A DNA stretch of 62,279 nt, filler included, from Chiloscyllium plagiosum (lineage: Eukaryota): assembly GCF_004010195.1 (NCBI RefSeq). It is 5 parts of one record of this genome, joined end to end, with 100 filler letters (N's around TTAATTAATTAA, not from the genome) between each part and the next. Parts side by side here need not be neighbours in the genome. Positions count along the whole stretch, not along the records: positions 45,505 to 59,013 come from NC_057716.1; positions 59,114 to 62,279 come from NC_057716.1; 3 more parts are not named here. The stretch is one strand, 5' to 3'. The position numbers and the translations under genes were made by a program. Positions 50,218 through 60,494 of the stretch are shown one piece after another. Every line of letters begins with the position of its first letter. Position 1 is the stretch's first letter. Below the pieces are notes generated by a model. It was not told the DNA's origin, made no database searches, and saw only the letters and a program-made list of their open reading frames with translations.

Positions 50218-52434
50218 ATTGTGGAGGACATAATTGTAAGGCACAGAATTTATAGCAAAAATTTACAGTGTGATGTAACTGAAATTATACATTGAAAAAT
50301 ACCTTGATTGTCTGTTGAGTCTTTCGTCTGTTCGAATACCATGATAATTTCACTTCTTTCATGCATAAATCACAAAACCTTTTTTTTAAAAGTTGTATTC
50401 TCAGGTTAACTGTAACAATTGATGATAGCTAGACAATATGTTGAAGGTGTTAGCCCCTGTGTTCTCTGTCTATTGCATGATGTTTAGATTGATTCTAATC
50501 TAAAAAGTGAGATAACAGAGTTTTACATGAATCCATGCAGTTTTTGAGCAATGTACAATGTAACTCTGCAAGTACAAATTCACCCCACAAAATATGTGTG
50601 TGCATGTGGGTCTTTGTGTCTGTCTGTGTGTGTATCTGTCTAGGTTGGGGGTTGTGAGTGTGAGAGAGAGTGTATCTGTGTGTGTAGTGAGTGTAGAGTG
50701 TCTTAAGTCTGTGAGGGGGTGCATGTGGGAGTGTGGGAGTGTGTGTCTGGGGTGGGGGGTTGAGAGTGTCTGTGAGAGAGAGTGTAGATGTGTGTGCATG
50801 AGTGTAGAGTGGTCTAAGTCTCTGAGAGGATGCCTGTGGGAATGTGTGTGTCTGTAAGGGTGTATGTGAGTGACTGTGTGCATGTCTGTGTATACGTGTG
50901 TCCGTGTGTATGTGTGTGTATAGGAGTGCCTGTGTGTGTGTGTATAGGAGTGTCTGTGTGTGTGTATAGTGCAATGGTGGTCACCTGTAATTTGACATGA
51001 ACCCAAGGTCCCGGTTGAGCCCCTCCCTATGGGTACGGAACTTAGCTATCAGCCTCTGCTTGGCCACTTTTCACTGCTGCCTGTCCCGAAGTCCGCCTTG
51101 GAGGATGGTCACCCGAAGGTCCGAGATCAAATGTCCTGGACCACTGAAGTGTTCCCCAACTGGGAGGGAACCCTCCTGTCTGTTCATCCGTTGCCGTAGC
51201 CTTTGCTCGGTTTCCTCAATGTACCATGCCTCAGTGCATCCTTGTCTGCAACATATAAGATAGACAACGTTGGCTGAGTCACATGAATACCTGCCACGTA
51301 CATGGTGGGAGGTGTCCCCATGTGTAATGGTGGTATCCATGTCCACACACTGACACGTCTTGCAGCGTCCACCGTGACAGGGTTGTATGGAGTTGTCCTG
51401 AAAGCCGGGCAGTTTGCTGCAAACAATTATCTGTTTGAGGTTTGGCGGTTGTTTAAAAGCAAGCAGTGGAGGTGTGGGGAAGGTCTTGGCGAGGTGCTCA
51501 TCCTCATAGATAATGTGTTGCAGGTCACGAAGAACATGGCGTAGTTTTTCAGCTCCTGGGAAGTACTGAACAATGAAGCGTACCCTGTCGGTTGCAGCAT
51601 GTCTGTCTCCTGAGGAGGTCATTACGGTTCCTTGCTGTGGCACATCGGAACTGGTGGTCGATGAGTTGAGCATCATACCCCCAGGGAAGTACTCATGGAT
51701 ACCCTCATAAGAACAGGGATGCTCAACTCATCGACCGCCAGTTCCGACGTGCCACAGCAAGGAACCGTAATGACCTCCTCAGGAGACAGACGTGCTGCAA
51801 CCGACAGGGTAACCTTCATTGTTCAGTACTTCCCAGGGGCTGAAAAACTACGCCATGTTCTTCGTGACCTGCAACACATTATCAATGAGAATGTGCACCT
51901 CGCCAAGACCTTCCCCACACCTCCACTGCTCGCCTTTAAGCAACAGCCCAACCTCAAACAGATAATTGTTTGCAGCAAACTGCCCAGCTTTCAGGACAAC
52001 TCCATACAACCCTGTCACGGTGGACGCGTCAGAGTGTGGACATAGATACCACCATTACGCGTGGGGACACCTCCCACCATGTACGTGGCAGGTATTCATG
52101 TGACTCAGCCAACGTTGTCTATCTTATACGTTGCAGACAAGGATGCCTGGAGGCATGGTACATTGGGGAAACTGAGCAAAGGCTACAGCAACAGATGAAT
52201 GGGCACCGCACAACAATCAGCAGACAGGAGGGTTCCCTCCCAGTTGGGGAACATTTCAGTGGTCGAGGACATTCAGTCTCGGACCTTTGGGTGACCATCC
52301 TCCAAGGTGGACTTCGGGACAGGCAGCAGCGAAAAGTGGCTGAACAGAGGCTGATAGCTAAATTCCGTACCCATAGGGAGGGGCTCAACCGGGACCTTGG
52401 GTTCATGTCACATTACAGGTGACCACCATTGCAC

Positions 52435-52905
52435 TATACACACACACACACAGACACTCCTATACACACACAAGAACTCCTATACACACACATCACACAG
52501 ACACTCCTACACACACACAGGCACTCCTATACACACACATAACCCCCTCACAGACTTAAGACACTCTACCCTCGCTACACACACATATACACTCTCTCTC
52601 ACAGACACTCACAACCCCCTACCCCAGACATACACACACACACTCCCACACGCTCACATGCACCCCCTCACAGACTTAAGACACTCTACCCTCGCTACAC
52701 ACACATATACACTCTCTCTCACAGACACTCACAACCCCCCCACCTCAGACACACACACACACTCCCACACTCACACATGCACCCCCTCACAGACTTAAGA
52801 ATCTCTACACTTACTACACACATATATACACACTCTCTCTCACTCACAATCCCCAACCCAGACAGACACATACACAGACAGACACAAAGACCCACAGGCA
52901 CACAT
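52435..52905 (+). repeat. CA-rich PLE 3' UTR with an about 120-bp tandem unit
   Basis: acactctaccctcgctacacacacatatacactctctctcacagacactcacaaccccc at 52561 and 52681; third variant near 52800; mirrored as TG-rich 50595-50970. Confidence 0.85.
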
Positions 52906-53283
52906 ATATTTTGTGGGGTGAATTTGTACTTGCAGAGTTACATTGTACATTGCTCAAAAACTGCATGAATTCATGTAAAACTCTGTTATCTCACTTTTTA
53001 GATTAGAATCAATCTAAACATCATGGCATAGACAGAGAACACAGGGGGCTAACACCTTCAACATATTGTCTAGCTAACATCAATTGTTACATCTAACCTG
53101 AGAATGCAACTTTTAAAAAGAGGTTTTGTGATTTACACATGAAAGAAGTGAAACTATCATGGTATTCAAACAAATGAAAGACTTAATAGACAATCAAGGT
53201 ATTTTTCAATGTATAATTTCAATTACATCACACTGTAAATTTTTACTATAAATTTTGTGCCTTACAATTGTGTCCTCCACAAT

Positions 53284-53318
53284 CACCTGATGAAGGAGCA
53301 GCGCTCCGAAAGCTAGTG
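53284..53318 (+). ncRNA. Minimal hammerhead ribozyme motif (family B)
   Basis: CAC CUGAUGA A GGAGC-AGC-GCUCC GAAA GC UA GUG; stem I CAC/GUG. Confidence 0.8.
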
Positions 53319-54269
53319 TGCTTCCAATTAAACCTGTTGGACTATAACCTGGTGTTGTGTCATCCTAACATAAGCCTTCTTCTTCCTCTTAACAAGAAAT
53401 TCTTTAGTAAACCACAGCTTCCTCGCTCAATCATTTCCTCCCTGCCTGCCGGTACATACTTTACAAGGACACGCAGTAGCTGTTCCTTGAACAACTTCCA
53501 CATTTCAATTGTGCCCATCCCCTGAAGATTCCTTCCTTATCCTACACATCCTAAATCTTGCCTAATCGCATCATTATTGCCTTTTCCCCAGCTAACTCTT
53601 GCCCTGCATTATATACCTGTCCTTTTCCATCACTAAAGTAAATGTAACCGAATTGTGGTCACTATCCTCAAAGTGCTCACCTACCTCCAAATCTAACACC
53701 TGGCCAGGTTCATTACCCAGTACCAAATCCAATGTGGCCTTGCCCTTGTTGGCCTGTCTACATACTGTGTCAGGAAACCCTTCTGTGCACATTGGACAAA
53801 AATTGACCCATCTATAATACTCAAACTATAATATTTCCAGTCAATATTTGGAAAGTTAAAGTCCTCCATAACAACTACCCTGTTACACTCGCTCCAATCC
53901 AGAATCATCTTTGCTATCCTTTCCTTTCATCTCTGGAACATTTCAAAGGCCTATAGAAAACTCCCAAAAGGGTGACCTCTCCTTTCCTGTTTGTAACCTC
54001 AGCCCATACTACCTCAGTGGATGGGTCATCAACGTCCTTTCTGCCATCATAATACTGTCCTTGATTAACACCTCCCCCTCTTTTACCACCTTATCTGTTC
54101 TGACTGAAACATCTAAACCCCAAAACCTGCAAAAACCATATCTGTCCTTGCTCTATGTCTCCGAAATGGCCACAACATTGAAGTCGCAGATACCAACCCG
54201 TGCTGAACAGGAACAGGAGAAGGCTTTACAGTCCATCGAGCCTGTTCTGGCATTTAACATGATCATTAA

Positions 54270-56200
54270 TTGGGGAAGTTGCTTAAAAAAGAAATTAAGA
54301 AGGCAAAGAGGGCTACAAAATATTTTAGAAGATAAGATTAAGGAAAACACAAGGAACTTTATAAATATGTTAAGAATAAGAGGATTACAAGGGTAACAGT
54401 AGGACCTATCAAAGACTAAAGGGGAACCTGTGCATAGAGCCATTGGACATCGGTAAAGTCTTAAATTATATTCTCATCTCTATTCACAAAGGAGAAAGTC
54501 ACTGTAGCTGTTGGGAAGGTGGTATTACATATTTTATTGGACATAAAGGTGCATAAGTCTCCAAGGTCTGATGATATATATCCCCAGGCTGCAATGGAAG
54601 ATGAGGGAGGAGATTGCTGGAGTCCTGGTGGACATATTTAATACCTTGCTGGCCACAGGTGAAGCACCAGTTTACTGAAGGATAGCTAAGGTGGTTCCTT
54701 TCTTCAAGACGGGCAGCAGGGAGTAATTACAGAGCAGTTAGTTTGAAGTTAGTGATAGGGAAATTGTGGGAAAAGACTCTGAGGGATAGGATTAATCAAC
54801 ACTTGGAAAGGCAGGGATTGATCAGGCATTGTCAGCAAAGCTTTGTTGGTCGGAGATCTTATCCAAATGATTTAACACTAGTTTTATTTTTAAAAGGTGA
54901 CTAAATATATTGATGAGGATAGTGCAGTTGATGTAGTTTACACGGGTTTCACTAAGGCCACAAGGTCTCACATGGAAGGCTGATCCAAAAGGTAAGAGCA
55001 ATTGGGATCCAAGGCAAGTTGTCAAACTGAATCTAAAATTGACTGACAAACAGGAGGCAAAGGGTGACGGTAGAGGGTTGTTTTTGTGCTTGGAAATGGT
55101 GACCACTGGGATCGGTGCTGGGACTATTGCTGATTGTTAGAGACATTAATGACTTGGGTGTGAATGTAGAAGGTATAATTAGTAAGTTTGCAGATGACAC
55201 AAAAATTGGTGGTGTTATTGATAGTGAGGAGAATGGTCTCAGGCTACAGTCTGATATTGATCAGCTGGTACATTGAGCAGAGCAATGGCAGATGGAATTT
55301 AATCTTGATAAGTGCAAGGTGATACTTTGTGTGAGGCCTAATAAGGGAAGGATTTACACAATGAATGGTAGGTTCCTAGGGAGTACTGAGGAACAAAGGG
55401 ACCTTGGTGCATGAGTCCATAGATCCTTGAGGGTGTCAGTCATAGGTAGACATAGTGACGTAAAGGGCATGCAGATCCTTGTCTTCATTAGCCAGGGCAT
55501 AGAGTATAGGAGCAAGGAAGTCTGTTGCAATTTTATAAAACATTGGTTAGGCCACAGCTGGAATACTGTGAAAAGGAAGGATGTGATTGCACTGAAGAGG
55601 GTGCAGAGGGAGATTCACCAGGATGTTACCTGGGATGGAAAGTCTCAGTTATGAGGAGAGACTGGATAGGAGAAAGTGAGGACTGCAGATGCTGGAGATC
55701 AGAGTAGAGAGTGTGGCTTTGGAAATGCACAGCAGATCAGGCAGTATCTGAGCAGGAGAATTGATGTTTCGAGCATAAGCCCTTCCTGATGAAGGGCATA
55801 TCCTGAAATGTTGATTCTCCTGCTCCTCGGATGCTGCCTGACCTGCTGTGCTTTTCCAGCGCCACACTGAGAGACCAGATAGGCTGGGGTGAGGGAGGCG
55901 GTGAGGGGGGTGGATCTGATTGAGGGATACACAATTCTGAGAGGCGCAGATGGGGTAGATTGTGAGAATCTTTTCCCCATGGCAGACATGCTTAAGATCA
56001 GAGGGTGTAAGTTGAAGGTGAGGAGCAAGTGGTTCAGAGGGGATCTGAGAAATAATGTATTTTCACCGAAGGTGATAGAAATATAGAAGGTGCTGCTTGA
56101 GAGGGTGAAAGGGGCAAGGACTCTCCCAACATTGAAGACACATCTGGATGCGCTCTTAAAACACTGTCAGCTGCGGACCAGGGGCAGGGAAATGGGATTG
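54270..56200 (+). mobile_element. Old CR1 ORF2, decayed
   Basis: KIKENTRNF, KFADDTK, YKTLVRPQLEYC remnants. Confidence 0.8.
55671..55868. mobile_element. Palindromic PLE family A micro-insertion (full tail on the left)
   Basis: TSD gagagactggatagg (55656-55670) / gagagaccagatagg (55869-55883). Confidence 0.85.
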
Positions 56201-56389
56201 GTGTTAGTTTGGTGTTTGTCGAGTTAGCATAGACATGGGTTTTCATGCTTATGTTTGTACAGCTGATCGAACATTTAAATGCCTTTGATTAACACTATCC
56301 CCATAACCCTTTCCAGAAAAACATGGAAACCAGGAGCAGAAGTATGCCATTCGGCCCTTCAAGCTTTTTGCACCATTCAGTAGGATCAT

Positions 56390-56925
56390 GGCCACATTTG
56401 GGAGTACTGTGTACAAGTCTGGTCACCCTGCTATACAAAGGATGTTATTAAACTGGAAAGGATTCCGAAAAGCTTTACAAGGATGTTCCTGTGATTGGAG
56501 GGTTTAGGTTTAGGGAGCGGCTAAATGGGCTGGGACTTTTTCCGGATTGTAGGAGGTTGAGAGATGATATTACAGAGGTTTAAAAAATCATGGTGGGCAT
56601 TAACAAGGGGAATAGGCATGGTCTTTTTTCCCAGGGCAGCAGAGTCCAAAGCTAGAGGGGGTAGGTTTAAGTGAGAGGGGCAAAATTTAAAAGGGACTTA
56701 AGGGCAACTTTCTCACACACAGAGGGTGGTGCATGTATGGAATGAACTGCCAGAGGAAGATGTAGAGACTGATACAATTACAACATTTAAAAGACATTTG
56801 AGACGTGCATGGATAGGAAATGCTGAGGGGGAAATGGGCCAAACGCAGGGACTAGTTCGGTTTGGGAACTGGGTCGGTATGGATGAGTTGAGCCGAGAAA
56901 CCTGTTTCTGTGCTGTATGGCTCTG
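56390..56925 (+). mobile_element. CR1 3' fragment
   Basis: VHVWNELPE..VE.DTITTFKRHL. Confidence 0.8.
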
Positions 56926-57654
56926 TCTCAACACTACTTTCTCACTTTCTCTCCATTGCCTTTGATGCTTTTAATGTCTAAAAAATTAATAATCCCATTT
57001 TTAAACATCTACTCAGTGATGTAGTCTCTGCAACTTTCTTTGGTCAAGAATTCCATAGAGTGACCACCCTTTGAGTGGTGACATATTTCCTCATCTCAAT
57101 CCAGTATGGTCTATCCTATCTCCTGAGGTTGTGTCCCTTGGTTCCAGAAGGTCCATGTCTGGAGTGTGATGGAATACTTCCCACTTGCCTGGGTACAGCT
57201 CCAACAAGAAGCTTGAAACCATCCAGGACAAAGCAATCTACTTGATTGGCACCACACCCACAAGCATCCACTTTCTTCACCACTGATGCTCAGTGGCAGC
57301 TGTGTGTATTATCTCCAAGATGGACTGCAGAAATTCACCAAAGATCCATGACCACTTCTGTATGGCACATCAAAGGCAGCAGATAGATGGGAACACCACC
57401 ACCTGCATGTTCTCTTTCAAACCACTCACTCATTCTGACTTGAAAATATATTGCCCTCGTGTATCCTGACTTAATAGATTAGATACTCTACAGTATGGAA
57501 AAAGGCCCTTTGGCCCAACAAGTCCACACCGACCCTCCAAAGAGCAACCCCCCCCAGACCCACTCTCCTACCCTATATTTACCCCTGACTAATGCACCTA
57601 ACACTGTGGGCAATTTATCATGGCCAATTCACCTGGTCTGCACATCTTTGGATA

Positions 57655-57862
57655 CAAAAGAAGCAGGACAAATCCAACCCGGCCAGTTACTGCCCCATCA
57701 GTCTCCTCTCCATCATCAGTAAAGTGATGGAAGGTGTCATCCACAGTGCTATCAAACAGTACCTGCTCAGCAATAACTTGCAAATTGATGCCCAGTTTGG
57801 GTTCCCCCAGGGCCACTCAGCTCCTGACCTTATTACAGCCTTGGTTCAAACATGGACAACAG
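57655..57862 (+). mobile_element. RT fragment of the second LINE family
   Basis: KKQDKSNPASYCPISLLSIISKVMEGVI...AQFGFPQGHSAPDLITALVQTW. Confidence 0.75.
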
Positions 57863-58701
57863 AGCTGTTCCTTCAGTGTCACTGGGTCAATCCTGGAATT
57901 CCACCACCCCCCTCCCTCTCCTCCCCAATAGTATTGTGGGTGATAGCACACGCAGCAGTTCAAGAAGGTAGCTAACCACCACCTTCTCAAGGGGCGGGGG
58001 CCCAGCCAGACATGCCCATGTCCCATGAGTGAATTAAAAACAAAGTGTGTATGTGGAGACAGAGCCCAGAGAGAGAGAGGGAGGAAGGAAGGGAGTCAGA
58101 CAAAGGGACGGTTGATAGGAAGCCAGGGAAGGAGAAAAGCTGATAACAGGGACAATGAGTAGGTGAAGATGGGCTAACTGTGCTGAAAGCAGCCCTGGTC
58201 ATCACAGGGCCTGAGGTGTTGGCAGGGACAGGGAGAAGTTGTTACGGCTGTAAAGTTATTGAACTCGATATTAAGTACTCAAGGCTGCAGGGTCCCCAAG
58301 TGGAAGATGAGGACCTTGCGTTGAGTACTCTCGCAGGCTGGGGACAGAAGTGTTTGCCTGGACCATACTGCTGTTTTGAAATAGAAGAAAGAAAGAACAG
58401 AAATCCTTTTGCAGAGAGGAGCAGAACTTCGTCAAGATGGGAAACCTGGAAGAGATGTAGCAAGAGTTAAACATTAAATTAAAACACTGTGGATACTGAA
58501 TATCTGAAACAAAAACAGAAATTGCTGGAGTAAATAAAGCAGATAGTGCCCTTGGCTTTAATAATAGAAATGTAGAGTACAAGAGCAAGGAGGTGATGTT
58601 GAACCTGTAAAAGTCCAGAGATGAAAGGCATATCTTATAAGGAGAGATTGAGCAGTTTAGGCCTGTATGTGGTTGGGGCAAAACCTTTTTTTTCAAGGAA
58701 G

Positions 58702-59013
58702 TAGAGTCATAGAGATGTAAAGCACGGAAACAGATCCTTCGGTCCAACCCGTCCATGCCGACCAGATATCCCAACCCAATCTAGTCCCACCTGCCAGCAC
58801 CCGGCCCATATCCCTCCAAACCCTTCCTATTCATATACCCATCCAAATGCCTCTTAAATGTTGCAATTGTACCAGCCTCCACTACTTCCTCTGGCAGCTC
58901 ATTCCATGCACGTACCACCCTCTGCGTGAAACAGTTGCCCCTTAGGTCTCTTTTATATCTTTCCCCTCCCTCCCTAAACCTATGCCCTCTAGTTCTGGAC
59001 TCCCCGACCCCAG
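58702..59013 (-). mobile_element. CR1 3' end running into a gap
   Basis: Very similar to 39978-40290 and 47070-47220. Confidence 0.85.
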
Positions 59014-59114
59014 NNNNNNNNNNNNNNNNNNNNNNNNNNNNNNNNNNNNNNNNNNNNTTAATTAATTAANNNNNNNNNNNNNNNNNNNNNNNNNNNNNNN
59101 NNNNNNNNNNNNNA

Positions 59115-59216
59115 GGATGCTATTATTGTGGAAAGATAGGGCATTTTAAGTGGGAGTGTCCTGATCTACAAAGGGAAGAAAGGGCAATTCCGCTTATGAA
59201 TTTTGATGAAGAATAG
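59115..59216 (+). pseudogene. gag: ERV gag C-terminus (nucleocapsid CCHC)
   Basis: GCYYCGKIGHFKWECPDLQREERAIPLMNFDEE*. Confidence 0.9.
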
Positions 59217-59282
59217 GGGTGTCAGGGGTTCCTGCCCTCGGGGGCCCACCAGGAACCCTTGATAAACTTGAAGGTGGGACCC
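59214..59282 (+). promoter_or_regulatory. gag-pol UAG readthrough signal with predicted pseudoknot
   Basis: UAG, 8-nt spacer GGGUGUCA, S1 GGGGUUCCUG/CAGGAACCCU, S2 CCCAC/GUGGG. Confidence 0.75.
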
Positions 59283-60476
59283 TGTGGGGAAGAGGTAGTC
59301 TTCCTAGGAGATACGGGGGCAGCACGGTCATCGCTGAATTTTAAACCAAAGAAAGCAGAAATGTCAACTCGATCAATTACTGTTTCGGGGGTAAAGTGGA
59401 AGGATTTACTGTTCCGGTATTTTAACCTATGATGATAGAAGGTCCTAAGGATAGGGTCACAGGGGAACTGCTGTATATCCCAAATATAGGAGAGACTTAA
59501 TTATCTTTTTAGGACTGGAGATTTGAATTCAGGAAAAGGAATTAGTTGTACAACTGGCAATGTTGACAGAGGATGCAGAGAGAAAGATAGACCCTATTGT
59601 ATGGGCTAGAGAAGGGAATCGTGGAAAACTACAGATCCCTCCCCTTTTAATAAATTTAAAACGGAAAGGGGACGTTGTCTGTGAACGACAATACCCTATT
59701 TCCATAGAAGGTAAATGAGGACTGCAACCAGTAATTGAGGGACTGATCAGAGATGGACTGTTGGAGCCATGCATGTCTCCTTATAATACCCCAATTCTAC
59801 CAGTGCGGAAATCTGATTGAACTTATCGATTGGTGCAGGATTTGAGAACATTAAATCGAATAGTACAGATCACGCACCCAGTGGTGCCAAACCCTTATAT
59901 GTTGTCAAGTAAGATCCCTCATGATTACAGATGGTTTAGTGTGATAGATTTAAGGGATGCCTTTTGGGCATGTCCCTTGGCGGAGGAAAAATTTGGGACT
60001 ATCCCCCTATGAAATCTTATTTGGATTACCTTATCTGGGTACGAATGGAGAATTGCCAATTCCCGACAGTAAAGATTTGTTTTTTAAAAAAGTATATACT
60101 GGGCTTGTCCTCCTCTTTATCTTTCCTCAGAAACCAGGGTCTATTGGCACAGACTCCACCCCTTGAATTTACTGTTCACCCCATCCGGCCAAGAGATTGG
60201 GTCTTAGTAAAATCATGGACAGAGACTAAATTGCAGCCGGACTGGGAAGGGCCGTATCAGGCTCTTTTGACTACCGAAACGGCAATAAGGACGGCGGAGA
60301 AAGTCTGGACTCACTACACTCAGATCAAAGGGCCAGTGGACCCTCCAGTTGAGGAAGAAGTCTGTACAGCCGAATCAACGCAAGACCCGCTAAAACTCAG
60401 ACTAAAGAGACTTTGTGTAACTGACTATACAGTGGCGGCACGAGCGCGGGATTATTTCTGTAAGATTGTATATTAA
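59217..60476 (+). pseudogene. pol: ERV pro-pol with stops, frameshifts and a large RT-to-IN deletion
   Basis: FLGDTGAARS; QYPIS, SPYNTPILPVRK, YRLVQDLR, VPNPY, FSVIDLRDAFW; then directly LSPYEILFG...WEGPYQALLTT. Confidence 0.9.
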
Positions 60477-60494
60477 GCCTTTTTGTGCTTCAGC

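Larger units (their letters stand above)
50096..53359. mobile_element. 3.3-kb inverted (tail-out) pair of PLE family B 3' halves (Neptune-type, GIY-YIG)
   Basis: Both arms encode FIVQYFPG...LAFKQ.PNLKQ...PCHGGR..., NVVYLI.CRQGC.EAWYI.ET, VGEHFS; right arm ends GLNRDLG. Centre about 51680-51715. TSD tcat(t/c)ctaacataa at 50082-50095 and 53360-53373. Confidence 0.93.
48190..54205 (-). mobile_element. CR1 LINE (EN-RT-3' end) interrupted at 50096-53359 by a PLE inverted pair
   Basis: RT motifs in 48346-49930; EN motifs (EDSDHN, DFNFPNIDW, VAISET) in 53590-54200. Confidence 0.9.

Noticed and set aside
50495..51006. His/Thr-rich ORFs (also 52397-52798)
   Set aside because: Translations of CA/TG low-complexity PLE UTR.
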